NCBI GenBank assembly: GCA_007125585.1
Contig: SLCY01000087.1
Location: forward strand, 2,644 to 66,643
Reading direction: 5' to 3'
Source of the DNA: Bacteroidales bacterium
Lineage (GTDB): Bacteria > Bacteroidota > Bacteroidia > Bacteroidales > UBA7960
Length of the DNA stretch: 64,000 nucleotides
Part shown: in pieces, positions 1-9,777 of the stretch
Layout of the letters: the number at the start of each line of letters is the position of its first letter
Numbering within the stretch: the first letter of the stretch is position 1
The notes under the pieces: model-generated
The model's database searches: none
Seen by the model: the letters and a program-made list of their open reading frames with translations, nothing else
Told to the model about the DNA's origin: nothing
Translations under genes and position numbers: made by a program

Positions 1-2
1 TG

Positions 3-866
3 GAGTCAGACAAGGTACAGATGGCAGAGGTGATCCTTGCGCCACGGTCGCTGCTGGCAGGCAAGACCCTGCGTGAGATCAATTTTCGCCAGAAATATGG
101 CCTGACTGTGCTGGCCATATGGCGGGAAGGGAAGGCGCACAAGACCAACCTGCACAATATGCCCCTGAAATTCGGAGAGGCATTGTTGTTGTACGGAAAG
201 CGCGACAAGCTGGAGCTCATTGACAGTGAACCCGACTTTATCCTGCTCACGGAGTTGGCCCGGATGCCCCAGCGTACCGGGAAAGCCCTCACCTCGGCCT
301 TTGTGATGCTTGGGATCCTCACTCCTGTGCTTCTGGGCATCATCCCCCTTGCCATCGCGGCTGTCGCAGGCATCGCCCTGATGGTCCTCACCGGATGCCT
401 GAAGATGGAAGAAGCCTACCGTGCCATCGAATGGCGCTCTGTTTTCCTGATTGCCGGCATGCTGCCCCTGGGAACGGCCATGCAGCAAACAGGGGCAGCC
501 AACGTAATGGCGGAAGGGATGGTACACACATTCGGGCATTTCGGGCCCTGGGGGGTCATAGCAGGACTCTACCTGCTAACGGCAATCTTTACCATCGTCA
601 TACATCCCGCGGCCCTGGTGGTGATCATGTCGCCCATCGCCATTGAAGTCTCTTCCGGTTTCGGCATACCACCCCAAACCGCCATGATGGCCGTAGCGAT
701 AGCCGCTGCAGCCGTGTTCATGAGCCCGGTGTCGCATGCGGCAAACCTGCTGGTGATGGGCCCCGGAGGATACCGTTTCAGCGATTATATCAAAACCGGG
801 CTCCCGATGACCCTGGTGGTCATGGCCGTTGCCATGATGCTGCTGCCCATTGTCTGGCCAATATAA
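3..866 (+). CDS. SLC13/CitMHS-type permease with TrkA-C (RCK_C) domain, 5'-truncated by window edge
   Basis: Frame open from the window start; RCK_C-like segment (LAGKTLREINFRQKYGLTVLAIWREG) followed by many TM helices and C-terminal SPVSHAANLLVMGPGGYRFSDY. Confidence 0.85.
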   Translation, partial: ESDKVQMAEVILAPRSLLAGKTLREINFRQKYGLTVLAIWREGKAHKTNLHNMPLKFGEALLLYGKRDKLELIDSEPDFILLTELARMPQRTGKALTSAFVMLGILTPVLLGIIPLAIAAVAGIALMVLTGCLKMEEAYRAIEWRSVFLIAGMLPLGTAMQQTGAANVMAEGMVHTFGHFGPWGVIAGLYLLTAIFTIVIHPAALVVIMSPIAIEVSSGFGIPPQTAMMAVAIAAAAVFMSPVSHAANLLVMGPGGYRFSDYIKTGLPMTLVVMAVAMMLLPIVWPI

Positions 867-882
867 CACACAACCGATAACC

Positions 883-1866
883 ATGACACCACCCAAATTC
901 AACCTGGGCTTCTTCCCCACCCCGTTGCACGAGCTAAAGAACTTTTCCAGGGCCTATGCGGGACACCGCATTTTCATCAAACGCGACGACCACACCGGGC
1001 TGGCCACAGGTGGCAACAAGACACGCAAGCTGGAATACCTCATCGGCGATGCGCTGGCACAAGATGCCGATACGGTGATCACCGCCGGCGCACAACAGTC
1101 AAACCACTGTCGCCAGGCAGCCGCGGCATGCGCCCTGGCAGACCTGAAGTGCCACCTCCTGCTGGGCGGGGAGCCCCCCGGGGAGGTTAACGGCAACCTC
1201 CTGCTTTCCAAGTTGCTTGGCGCTGCCATCCACTTCACCGGTGAACAGAGGAAAGGCGAAGACCTGGAGCTGTTGGCCTACAAGCTGAAAAAGGAAGGGG
1301 CCAAACCCTACGTCATCCCCTATGGAGGCTCCAACATGGTTGGTGCCATGGGCTATGTGGAGGCTGCCGGTGAACTCAAACAGCAACTCAACAAAAAAGG
1401 GATGAACCCTGATTATATCTTCTTTGCCTCCAGCTCCGGCGGGATGCAGGCAGGCCTCATGCTGGGCATGGCACTCTATGGATGGCATGCCACCCTGATG
1501 CCGGTACGCATCGACAAGCAGGAAAGGGACGGCCTCTCACTGAAAGAGATCGTACGCGACATGGTAGAACATGGCCTTCAGTCGCTCGACATCAGTAAAA
1601 AAATCGACACAGGCAACATCCCTATGCTGGAAGGCTTTGATGATGCAGGCTACGGCGTGGTCACCCACCGTGAAAAAGAAGCCGTACAGATCCTGGCCCG
1701 AAAAGAGGGGATTCTCCTGGATCCCGTTTATACCGGGCGTGCCTTCCATGGGATGATACACTTCCTGGAGCAGCGACTGTTAAAGCCCGGAACGAACGTG
1801 CTCTTCTGGCATACCGGCGGCCTGCCCGCAAACTTCCATTACGCAAAGCACCTGGTCGATCAGTAA
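883..1866 (+). CDS. D-cysteine desulfhydrase / ACC deaminase family PLP enzyme
   Basis: PTPL, IKRDD.TG..GGNKTRKLEY (PLP lysine), QSNHCRQ, IPYGGSN, LLDPVYTG, FWHTGG motifs; ATG 883 chosen as start. Confidence 0.9.
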   Translation: MTPPKFNLGFFPTPLHELKNFSRAYAGHRIFIKRDDHTGLATGGNKTRKLEYLIGDALAQDADTVITAGAQQSNHCRQAAAACALADLKCHLLLGGEPPGEVNGNLLLSKLLGAAIHFTGEQRKGEDLELLAYKLKKEGAKPYVIPYGGSNMVGAMGYVEAAGELKQQLNKKGMNPDYIFFASSSGGMQAGLMLGMALYGWHATLMPVRIDKQERDGLSLKEIVRDMVEHGLQSLDISKKIDTGNIPMLEGFDDAGYGVVTHREKEAVQILARKEGILLDPVYTGRAFHGMIHFLEQRLLKPGTNVLFWHTGGLPANFHYAKHLVDQ

Positions 1867-1947
1867 AGCACCAGATACCGGGGCCTGAAAACATCTGTCC
1901 AATCATTAAACAACATTGCACGATTTGTCATTTACCATCCGATGGCA

Positions 1948-1955
1948 TAGCTTTG
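1948..1955 (+). promoter_or_regulatory. Bacteroidota sigma-70 -7 element (TAGCTTTG)
   Basis: Matches TAnnTTTG about 22 nt upstream of the serine hydrolase start. Confidence 0.5.
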
Positions 1956-1977
1956 CATTTCACAAAAATCCATCATC

Positions 1978-3588
1978 ATGCGCAACAACATATTATTATC
2001 CAACCTTCTTGCTTTTCTGATCATTGGCGCTTCAATGGCTGGTCCTGTTGAGGCTGTCAATACAGACGATACGGCTTTGAATGCTGCAGACAGGCTGGCC
2101 GGATTGCCTGCCTTTATGGAGCGGGGCATGACCGACTGGGGCATCCCCGGCATGGCCGTGGCCGTGGTGAAAGACGGTGGGCTTGTTTACGCCCGGGGGT
2201 TTGGGGTGCGTAAGCTGGGCGAAAATGACTCCGTGGATGAACACACCCTTTTTGGGATGGCCTCGCTGACCAAGGGCATGACAGCTGCCGCCCTGGGCAT
2301 GATGGTGGATGAGGGCAGGCTCCGCTGGGACGACAGGGTGCGCGACCACCTGCCCTGGTTCACACTTTCCGACCCATGGGCCACCGACAATGCGACCATA
2401 CGCGACCTGCTCTCCCACCAGATGGGCATCGGCCGGCTTACAGGCAACCGCCTACGCTTTATGCCCGGACGTGACCCAAAAACCATCATGAAGTTTGTCA
2501 GCCATATGCCCTTCGAACAAACGTTCCGCTCAGGATATGTTTACAGCAATATCATGTATATGGTGGCAGGACAGGTTCTGGAAGCAGTATCAGGAGAGTC
2601 GTTTGACGAGTTCATGTCAGGGCGGCTCTTTGCCCCGCTAGGCATGTCGAACGCCAACACCTCGGTGACACGGATCAGCGAGACAGACAATGCCGCCTGG
2701 CCTCACCAGGAAATTTACGGGGAAGTGCAGGTCATCCCCCGGCGCAACTTCGATTATATCGGCCCTGCTGCATCTGTCAACGCCTCCGTGACCGACATGG
2801 CCAAATGGATGATGTTCCAGTTGGGAGAACCCGGAGAGTATGCGGGACGGCAAATTGTCAGCAAAGAAAGCATCAGGGAGACGCACCAGCCACACCACGC
2901 ATTCCGCCTTGCTGACCCGCTTACAGAACCCCTGACAGGCTATGGGATGGGCTGGGGCCTGCGGCATTACGAAGGATACCGGGTGTCGCAACACAGCGGG
3001 GCCACCGACGGCATGACCTCATCACTCGTGCTCGTGCCCGAAATGGACCTGGGCATCATCGTCGCCAGCAACCTTTTTTGCAACTTTCGGCCTGCCGTGA
3101 TAAATTTCATACTGGATGCGATCCTCGGGATCGAGAGGGACAAGGACTGGCACGACCACTTCTATGAACAATACCTGGTCGACAAGGCCGATGCAATGGA
3201 GCGCAGGTCAGCCATCGAAGGGCGCCGCCAGCAAAACACCAGTCCCACCCTGCCACTGACAGCCTATACCGGCCATTACCACCACAAGGTGTATGACAAC
3301 GCTGAGGTCACCCTCGACAGCGAAGGGGAGCTGGTGATGCAGCTGTGGGACGACCCGGAAATGATCGCCGACCTTGAACACTGGCACTACGATACCTTCC
3401 GGGCCCACTGGCGAAACACCTCCATGCGCGAAAAATTCATCACCTTCGACATGAACCGGTACGGCGAAATAAACCGCCTGAATGTGAAGTTCACATTAAG
3501 GCAGGTGCTGATCGCAGCAGGCATCTATCCCACCGATTACTACCGTATCGTTTCATATACACGGTGCAACCCGCCAACCTCCCCTTAA
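1978..3588 (+). CDS. Secreted serine hydrolase, beta-lactamase/AmpC-like family with C-terminal DUF3471-like domain
   Basis: Signal peptide; ASLTK (SxxK), YSN, HSG motifs; LRWDD.V and TIRDLLSH segments. Confidence 0.85.
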   Translation: MRNNILLSNLLAFLIIGASMAGPVEAVNTDDTALNAADRLAGLPAFMERGMTDWGIPGMAVAVVKDGGLVYARGFGVRKLGENDSVDEHTLFGMASLTKGMTAAALGMMVDEGRLRWDDRVRDHLPWFTLSDPWATDNATIRDLLSHQMGIGRLTGNRLRFMPGRDPKTIMKFVSHMPFEQTFRSGYVYSNIMYMVAGQVLEAVSGESFDEFMSGRLFAPLGMSNANTSVTRISETDNAAWPHQEIYGEVQVIPRRNFDYIGPAASVNASVTDMAKWMMFQLGEPGEYAGRQIVSKESIRETHQPHHAFRLADPLTEPLTGYGMGWGLRHYEGYRVSQHSGATDGMTSSLVLVPEMDLGIIVASNLFCNFRPAVINFILDAILGIERDKDWHDHFYEQYLVDKADAMERRSAIEGRRQQNTSPTLPLTAYTGHYHHKVYDNAEVTLDSEGELVMQLWDDPEMIADLEHWHYDTFRAHWRNTSMREKFITFDMNRYGEINRLNVKFTLRQVLIAAGIYPTDYYRIVSYTRCNPPTSP

Positions 3589-3628
3589 CTTTTTAAACAA
3601 AACATCCATTGAAATAAACAAAAAACAT

Positions 3629-3636
3629 TACCTTTG
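3629..3636 (+). promoter_or_regulatory. Bacteroidota -7 promoter element of the rpsF operon (TACCTTTG)
   Basis: TAnnTTTG with TTG about 20 nt upstream, in an AT-rich intergenic region. Confidence 0.65.
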
Positions 3637-3693
3637 CACTTCCTTAAACGACAAGGACAATTCAATCATTACAAACACATTAAACAAATCGAA

Positions 3694-4056
3694 ATGCTTA
3701 GACAGTACGAAACCGTTTTCATTATGACTCCCGTTTTGTCTGAAGAACAGATGAAGGAAGCGGTAAGTAAGTTCCAGGACTACCTGAAGAAAAAAGGGGC
3801 GGAGATCGTATTTGAGGACCAGTGGGGTTTGCGCAAGATGGCCTATCCGATCCAGAAAAAATCCACCGGCTTTTATCACCTCATCGAGTTCAAGGCCGAA
3901 ACACAACTGGTGAAAGAACTTGAGCTGGAAATGAAGCGCGACGAAAGGGTGATCCGTTTCCTCACCGTTGCTATGGACAAACACGCCATTGCATACAACG
4001 AGAAAAAGAGGCGGGAGAAAGAAGCCGCCAAGGAAGCAGAAGAAGAAAATAAATAG
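3694..4056 (+). CDS. rpsF: 30S ribosomal protein S6
   Basis: [11 protein letters not shown]...[13 protein letters not shown]...RDERVIRFL. Confidence 0.97.
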   Translation: MLRQYETVFIMTPVLSEEQMKEAVSKFQDYLKKKGAEIVFEDQWGLRKMAYPIQKKSTGFYHLIEFKAETQLVKELELEMKRDERVIRFLTVAMDKHAIAYNEKKRREKEAAKEAEEENK

Positions 4057-4082
4057 GTAGTATCTTAAAAAGTCAAAGAAAC

Positions 4083-4355
4083 ATGGCAAACCAGCAAAGC
4101 TCAGAAATAAGATATCTGGCACCCATCACCGTTGATATCAAAAAAAAGAAATACTGCCGCTTCAAGAAAGCAGGCATCAAATACATCGATTACAAAGACG
4201 CCAACTTCCTGCTGAAGTTTGTAAACGAGCAGGGTAAGATCCTTCCAAGACGGATCACCGGCACTTCTGTAAAATATCAGCGCAAGGTAGCCAAAGCCAT
4301 CAAACGGGCACGACACTTGGCCATCATGCCCTATGTAGCGGATCTTTTAAAATAG
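4083..4355 (+). CDS. rpsR: 30S ribosomal protein S18
   Basis: [41 protein letters not shown]. Confidence 0.97.
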   Translation: MANQQSSEIRYLAPITVDIKKKKYCRFKKAGIKYIDYKDANFLLKFVNEQGKILPRRITGTSVKYQRKVAKAIKRARHLAIMPYVADLLK

Positions 4356-4361
4356 GGAGGT
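4354..4361 (+). promoter_or_regulatory. Strong Shine-Dalgarno sequence upstream of rplI
   Basis: AGGGAGGT 6 nt before ATG 4368. Confidence 0.6.
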
Positions 4362-4367
4362 ACAGCA

Positions 4368-4817
4368 ATGGAAATTATTTTAAAACAAGATGTTCCCAAC
4401 CTGGGATTCAAGGACGACCTGGTAACCGTCAAGGACGGGTATGCCACAAATTATCTTATTCCTAAAGGATTGGCCATTATAGCGCTCCCTGCCGAAAAGA
4501 AAAAGCTTGCAGAAACCATAAAGCAAAGGAGGTACAAGGAAGAGAAGATCAGGAAAGAGGCTGAAAAAATGGCAGAGAAACTGCAGGACATCGAGATCAA
4601 GATCGGCGCAAAAGTGGGTACCTCAGGAAAGATCTTTGGCTCGGTAAACGCACTTCAGATAGCTGATGCCATCAAGGAGCAGTACGGACTGGAAATTGAC
4701 CGCAAGAAGATCATGGTCGACGGCGACACCATCAAGGAAGTCGGGATCTATACTGCAAAGATCAACCTGCACAAAGAGGTACGCCCTGAACTGAAGTTTG
4801 AAGTGGTTGGCGAATAG
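4368..4817 (+). CDS. rplI: 50S ribosomal protein L9
   Basis: MEIILKQDV.NLG...VKDGYATNYLIPKG, GKIFGSV; follows rpsF-rpsR. Confidence 0.97.
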   Translation: MEIILKQDVPNLGFKDDLVTVKDGYATNYLIPKGLAIIALPAEKKKLAETIKQRRYKEEKIRKEAEKMAEKLQDIEIKIGAKVGTSGKIFGSVNALQIADAIKEQYGLEIDRKKIMVDGDTIKEVGIYTAKINLHKEVRPELKFEVVGE

Positions 4818-4885
4818 GGCAAATCACAGATCATACAAAAAACCTGTCGCACGGAACGGGACTTTTTTGTCCTTTCATTCCCAAG

Positions 4886-5662
4886 ATGATCACTGTCAGT
4901 CAAATGAAGTATATCCGGTCGTTGCGGCAAAGAAAGTACCGCGACCGGTACAAAGTGTTTGTTGCCGAAGGTGACAAGATCGTGCAGGAGCTTTTGGGTG
5001 AGAGTGGTTTGCAACTGGAGATGATCTGCGGTCTGAACTCCTGGATGGATAAGATGCGTGCACAGACACCCCCGCATGTTCAATGCATTGCGGTAAGTCC
5101 GAAAGAACTGGGCCGCATCAGCACATTGAAAACCCCCAACCAGGTGCTGGCAGTGGTCCAACAGCCCGCATATCCGCTGCCGGAAGAGTTTGCCGACCAT
5201 GAACTGGTCTTGATGCTTGACAGCATACAGGACCCCGGCAACCTGGGTACCATGATCCGCACGGCCGACTGGTTCGGTGTACACCATATCTTTTGTTCAC
5301 CTTGCACAGCGGATGTGTACAACCCCAAGGTGATACAGGCCAGCATGGGCTCATTCATGAGGACAAAGGTTTACTACGGAGAACTTGATCAGCTGATCCG
5401 CAAGATCAAAGGAAAGCTTACAGTATATGGGGCCTTTCTGGAGGGCGAAGAGGTGCCGGGTGCCTCCCTGTCACTGCCGGCGGCACTGTTAATCGGCAAT
5501 GAGTCGAAAGGGATCTCCGCAAATACAGCATCTCTGGCAGACCGCAAATTGTCTGTGCCACGCCATCACCCCGCCGATGCCCCTCAGGTGGCAGATTCAC
5601 TGAATGCGGCCGTTGCCAGTGGCATCATGATGGCTTGGTTCCGCCATAAAGAATACAAATGA
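4886..5662 (+). CDS. TrmH/SpoU family RNA 2'-O-methyltransferase
   Basis: FVAEG, LDSIQDPGNLGTMIRTADWFG, GNESKG, SLNAAVA SPOUT motifs. Confidence 0.9.
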   Translation: MITVSQMKYIRSLRQRKYRDRYKVFVAEGDKIVQELLGESGLQLEMICGLNSWMDKMRAQTPPHVQCIAVSPKELGRISTLKTPNQVLAVVQQPAYPLPEEFADHELVLMLDSIQDPGNLGTMIRTADWFGVHHIFCSPCTADVYNPKVIQASMGSFMRTKVYYGELDQLIRKIKGKLTVYGAFLEGEEVPGASLSLPAALLIGNESKGISANTASLADRKLSVPRHHPADAPQVADSLNAAVASGIMMAWFRHKEYK

Positions 5663-5790
5663 TGAACTTTTTGCCACCGCATTTGTTATCCGTGGTGACA
5701 CACCTTGCACCAAACAAGCATAGAACGTTTGCAGCCACAAGGCATAACTGCAACGGTTCACCAAAAGAAATACCCTAAATACCAACGCAT

Positions 5791-5982
5791 ATGGAGGCAA
5801 TGATTCTCGCTGTTCTTTTGCTGGCAATTGCCATCGGCGGCATCGCCATCAAAATGTTTGTCAAGCCCGGTGGGTCTTTCACAAAATCATGCACCAGCAC
5901 GTCCGATCCCGACTCCGGGAAAACGCGTTCGTGCGGCTGTACACCGGGGGTGCCCGGCGATTGTGAAAGCAATGATGGATGA
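5791..5982 (+). CDS. Small single-TM Cys-rich protein, NqrM-like
   Basis: 63 aa: hydrophobic N-terminal helix, then KSC...SCGC...DC (4 Cys); near apbE/nqr. Confidence 0.65.
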   Translation: MEAMILAVLLLAIAIGGIAIKMFVKPGGSFTKSCTSTSDPDSGKTRSCGCTPGVPGDCESNDG

Positions 5983-6011
5983 CAGGGATGCGTCTGGCGT
6001 TGACTCACGGC

Positions 6012-6779
6012 TCATTTTAACAGTTCCCGCACATTCTCGTTTTTCATTACAGAGAAAAACTCTTTCACGGCAGGCACCTCTGAATGCAACGCCTTTGTGA
6101 GCGGGCCTTCCAGTACCACCACCCCTTTGTCGAGAAAAACAATTCGGTCGGCTACCCGGAGAATGCTCGACACTTCATGCGTAACCATTATGATGGACAT
6201 TCCCAGTTTATTTTTCAGGTTCAGGATGAGGTTGTCCAGCGACTCCAGCAACACGGGATCAAGCCCGGCACCGGGCTCGTCGCAAAAGAGCAGTGGTGGA
6301 TCCATGACGATGGCCCTGGCCAGGGCAGCTCGTTTCATCATGCCCCCGCTCAACTGCGATGGGTAGAGGTGGAAGGCATGGGAAAGGTTTACGAGGCCCA
6401 GCTTCATATGAACGATCTCATCGATCAGTTCCTTTGGCAGGTCGGAATGCTGGGCCAGTGGCAAAGCGATATTTTCAGCAACGGTCAGCGAATTCAGCAA
6501 TGCACCGCTCTGATAAAAAACGCCCATCTGCAGATAAAGGGTTACCTGTTCCACCTCACGCAAGCGGGCAAGGTCCTGTCCGAGCACAGACACATAACCG
6601 CGTTCGACCGGGTAAAGTGCCAGCAAGTGCTTCAACAAAGTTGTTTTCCCTGACCCGCTGCCCCCGAGGATAACAGTCACCTCACCCTGATAGGCAGAGA
6701 AAGAGACATCTGACAACACGACCGTATCGTCAAAGGCCGCATATAGCCGCCGTACTTCTACCACCTTTTCTTTTTCCAT
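6012..6779 (-). CDS. mlaF: MlaF-type ABC ATP-binding protein
   Basis: Walker A GGSGSGKT, LSGGMMKRAALARA, FCDEPGAGLDP, VTHE. Confidence 0.85.
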   Translation of the reverse strand: MEKEKVVEVRRLYAAFDDTVVLSDVSFSAYQGEVTVILGGSGSGKTTLLKHLLALYPVERGYVSVLGQDLARLREVEQVTLYLQMGVFYQSGALLNSLTVAENIALPLAQHSDLPKELIDEIVHMKLGLVNLSHAFHLYPSQLSGGMMKRAALARAIVMDPPLLFCDEPGAGLDPVLLESLDNLILNLKNKLGMSIIMVTHEVSSILRVADRIVFLDKGVVVLEGPLTKALHSEVPAVKEFFSVMKNENVRELLK

Positions 6780-6789
6780 CAGCAATCCA

Positions 6790-7929
6790 TTAATAGAAGA
6801 TCACACCCAGAACACTGTCGGCCAGTATCACCAAAGTGATCGACACCACAACGGCAACAGTGGTCATCCGGCCCACCCCTTCAGCACCCCGCTCCACCCT
6901 CAACCCATAGAAACTGCCCGTCAGCACAATGATGGCTGCATATGCCTGGCTTTTCACCAGTGCGGTATACAGATCTTTGGCCATCATGATGTCCTGCATG
7001 CGGTTGATAAATATCTCCGGCGTGATGTCAAGGTATACCTGTGCCGCCAATCCGCCACCAGTGATGCCGGCCACATTGGCAAACACGATCAGAAACGGCA
7101 TGGTGAACATACAGGCATAGAGTTTGGGCACCACCACGAAGCGCATGGGGTTTAGTCCCATGGTTTTAATGGCATCCAGCTCGGCGGTCACCTTCATGGT
7201 AGCAATTTCTGCAGCAATGGCCGAACCGCTGCGACCGGCAACCAAAATAGCCGTTATCAGCGGGCCCATCTGGCTCATGATGGAAAACACCACCAGGTCC
7301 ACCACAAATATGTTTGCACCAAAGGTGCGCAGCTGGCTGGAGGAATGAAGGGCAATCACATAGCCGATAACAAATGACAAGAAAACCACTATCAGGACGG
7401 CATTCACCCCAATCAGCACGGCCTGGTTAACGACCTCCCCCCGCCTTCTGGCCCATGGGCGAAAAACATCCGTAAAGCCCCAATAAAACAGATTGGAGGC
7501 GAGCAACAGAAATCCCACGACATAAGAGTGGAAGAAATGAGTCATCTGGTTGCCCAGGTCTTCAAGAAAAAAGGGCTTTATGGGGGGGTCTTGTAAGATG
7601 TCTGTTTCGGGAAAGAACAGGCGTATCTTGTCTTGCACAGATTCTGAGGCACCTTCCATCGCCACCGCCACCCCCTTTTCCTTCAGCTTCTTCTGAACAT
7701 AAAACAAGGCCATCACACCGGCACTGTCAATGTTTTCAAGCCTGGAGAGATCGATCCGCAGCTTTTTGACCGAAGGGTGCCGAAAACACTTAAAAAAAAC
7801 GTTTGTAAACACAGCGGCCTCGTTCACCGTGAGTTTCCCTTTCATCTTCAGGATGTCACGATCAAGCCGGGCCACCACTTCGCTGCCACAACAAATATCC
7901 TGAGGAAAGCTTTTACGTTTTCTTCGCAT
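6790..7929 (-). CDS. mlaE: MlaE permease with N-terminal STAS (MlaB-like) domain
   Basis: IDLSRLENIDSAG STAS motif; GPLITAILVAGRSGSAIAAEIATMKVTAELDAIKTMGLNP; GAEGVG. Confidence 0.85.
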   Translation of the reverse strand: MRRKRKSFPQDICCGSEVVARLDRDILKMKGKLTVNEAAVFTNVFFKCFRHPSVKKLRIDLSRLENIDSAGVMALFYVQKKLKEKGVAVAMEGASESVQDKIRLFFPETDILQDPPIKPFFLEDLGNQMTHFFHSYVVGFLLLASNLFYWGFTDVFRPWARRRGEVVNQAVLIGVNAVLIVVFLSFVIGYVIALHSSSQLRTFGANIFVVDLVVFSIMSQMGPLITAILVAGRSGSAIAAEIATMKVTAELDAIKTMGLNPMRFVVVPKLYACMFTMPFLIVFANVAGITGGGLAAQVYLDITPEIFINRMQDIMMAKDLYTALVKSQAYAAIIVLTGSFYGLRVERGAEGVGRMTTVAVVVSITLVILADSVLGVIFY

Positions 7930-7971
7930 GGGTTATCGTCACTCAGAAAGTGAATAAAGAGCATGCAGGCT

Positions 7972-8598
7972 TTAATCGTTCCTTGCAATGGTTTGCATGG
8001 AGGCGACGCTGAATGTATGCAGCTCTTCCATGAACAGCTGGCTGACAGCTGCCGCAAATGCATTGATGTTCTTTGTTTCCAGCGATTGAAACCTGTCTGC
8101 AATGTGTTGCTGTATCACCTTGCCGCCATTGTCCTGGTCCAGTAAACGGAACGCCACATGCAACCTTGCGCGAAGGTCTTCATGGCGGTCATCCAGTTCT
8201 ATATGGTACACCTCTGTTTCAAGGATGTAGTTTACGGGCGTGACCACCCTGCCATGCTCAACTTCATCAAAGACATGGTATTTTTCGAAAAAGTCAATGA
8301 TGAACCGGGTCAAACCCTGGGCAGGCCTTACCGCCCATTCGTTAAAGGTAAAGTAGCGGATCTGGTGTGAACCTTCGCGGATGGCAATCTTATGAGAGGC
8401 GTATGCAGGTGCAATGCGCACATTCTCAACCTCGCAGCTGCCGATGATGCTGGAAAGGCCTTCAGGCCACCGGACAAGCTGTTCTGAAGGCGGCTCCAAC
8501 AGGAAGTACTGTTGAATGACAGGCTGGCTGCTCCTGCATCCAGCCATGGCAAATGCCATTGCAAAAAAGATGATCAGTATCTGTTTGTTCATGATCAC
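7972..8598 (-). CDS. PqiC-like ABC transport auxiliary lipoprotein
   Basis: Lipobox MAGC; YFLL, IRYFTFNEWAVRP pattern; lies between mlaD and mlaE. Confidence 0.7.
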   Translation of the reverse strand: MIMNKQILIIFFAMAFAMAGCRSSQPVIQQYFLLEPPSEQLVRWPEGLSSIIGSCEVENVRIAPAYASHKIAIREGSHQIRYFTFNEWAVRPAQGLTRFIIDFFEKYHVFDEVEHGRVVTPVNYILETEVYHIELDDRHEDLRARLHVAFRLLDQDNGGKVIQQHIADRFQSLETKNINAFAAAVSQLFMEELHTFSVASMQTIARND

Positions 8599-8655
8599 TT
8601 ACCCGGTTTTGGTGTTTACACTATTTTCTTTATCCATCCATAAAACCCTCAGCCC

Positions 8656-9663
8656 CTATCGCCCATTTTCCAGGATCTTGTCGGCCGCGTCATCCATCCT
8701 TGGCCTTCTGATCAACACAGAGGGGTTGGTGCTTGCCTTCCTGGACAAATCGTGAAGGTTGATCAGGGTATGTTCAAGCAACAGCAAGTTGTCCGTCAGC
8801 ACTTCGCCACCCCGGTCAATATCTTCACCGACCTTGCGCAGCAGGATCTGCGTTTCTTCCGTTGTGCTGGCCAGTTGTTCAATCAATTCATCGAGCTTGG
8901 TTTCCTTCAGTGTGATGGAGATGTCCCTGAAGTTGGCCAGCAGGTCGCTGAGTGTGTCGCCCTGCATGATCTCATTGAAGCGCGATACAGCCATAAACAG
9001 CTCGTCAGAAGTTTTGTGCAGATCGTCCGTGAACGCATTGGCTGCAGCAATGGTTCTCCGGAGGTCTTCACGGTTTTCCCCGATCACCTCATCCAGTGCA
9101 ACGATCGTCTGTTGTGCCTGGTTCGTGAAGTCCGAAAGGTCTGTTGCTGTCTTTGTGAATGCCTGCATGTTGTCAGGATGGGTGAACACCTGGAGGTTAT
9201 TTAACACCTCTTCCAGCCTGAAGGCAATGTCGTCAGCCCTGCCAGTTATATCTTCTGCAAAGGATGTCCCAGGACGGATATATTCGCCGGGCTCCAGAAA
9301 ATCAGCCTCCCGGGTACCTCCCCTGATCTCGATGGTACGCATGCCAGTGATCCCCAGCGCCACAATGTCGGCCACGGCATCCTCTTTCACCGGCGTGTTT
9401 TCTTTTAACGCCAGCTCAACAATGATGGTACTCACATCCTCAGGGGAGATGCTGATGTCCTTGATGGATCCCACATTGATCCCCATATACTTTACCGGGC
9501 TCCCCACTTCCAGTCCACCCACCGACACGTTCGTATAGGCCACATAATAGTGTTCCTGGCGTTCAAACATACTGCGTGCGGTGAAATAGCCTATCAGTAT
9601 GATCAGCAGGACGGAGCTGATCAGGATGAACAGACCCAGCCTGACTTTTTGTGCTTTTTTCAT
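8656..9663 (-). CDS. mlaD: MlaD/MCE-domain protein with long helical C-terminus
   Basis: N-terminal TM; VGGLEVGSPVKYMGINVGSI MCE motif; GITG; NPSVLI at C-terminus. Confidence 0.85.
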   Translation of the reverse strand: MKKAQKVRLGLFILISSVLLIILIGYFTARSMFERQEHYYVAYTNVSVGGLEVGSPVKYMGINVGSIKDISISPEDVSTIIVELALKENTPVKEDAVADIVALGITGMRTIEIRGGTREADFLEPGEYIRPGTSFAEDITGRADDIAFRLEEVLNNLQVFTHPDNMQAFTKTATDLSDFTNQAQQTIVALDEVIGENREDLRRTIAAANAFTDDLHKTSDELFMAVSRFNEIMQGDTLSDLLANFRDISITLKETKLDELIEQLASTTEETQILLRKVGEDIDRGGEVLTDNLLLLEHTLINLHDLSRKASTNPSVLIRRPRMDDAADKILENGR

Positions 9664-9777
9664 AACTTGAAGCGAATTGTGTTTTTTTTTATCCGTTACG
9701 TAAAAATACGAAAAAAAAACAACATGCTCGACCGTCCCTTTCAAGGTCCTGGCATCCAAAGGCTGTGCTTGTTTCGT

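Noticed and set aside
1978..3588. Antibiotic-resistance beta-lactamase
   Set aside because: Length, HSG triad and C-terminal domain fit the broad serine hydrolase/peptidase group; no support for resistance
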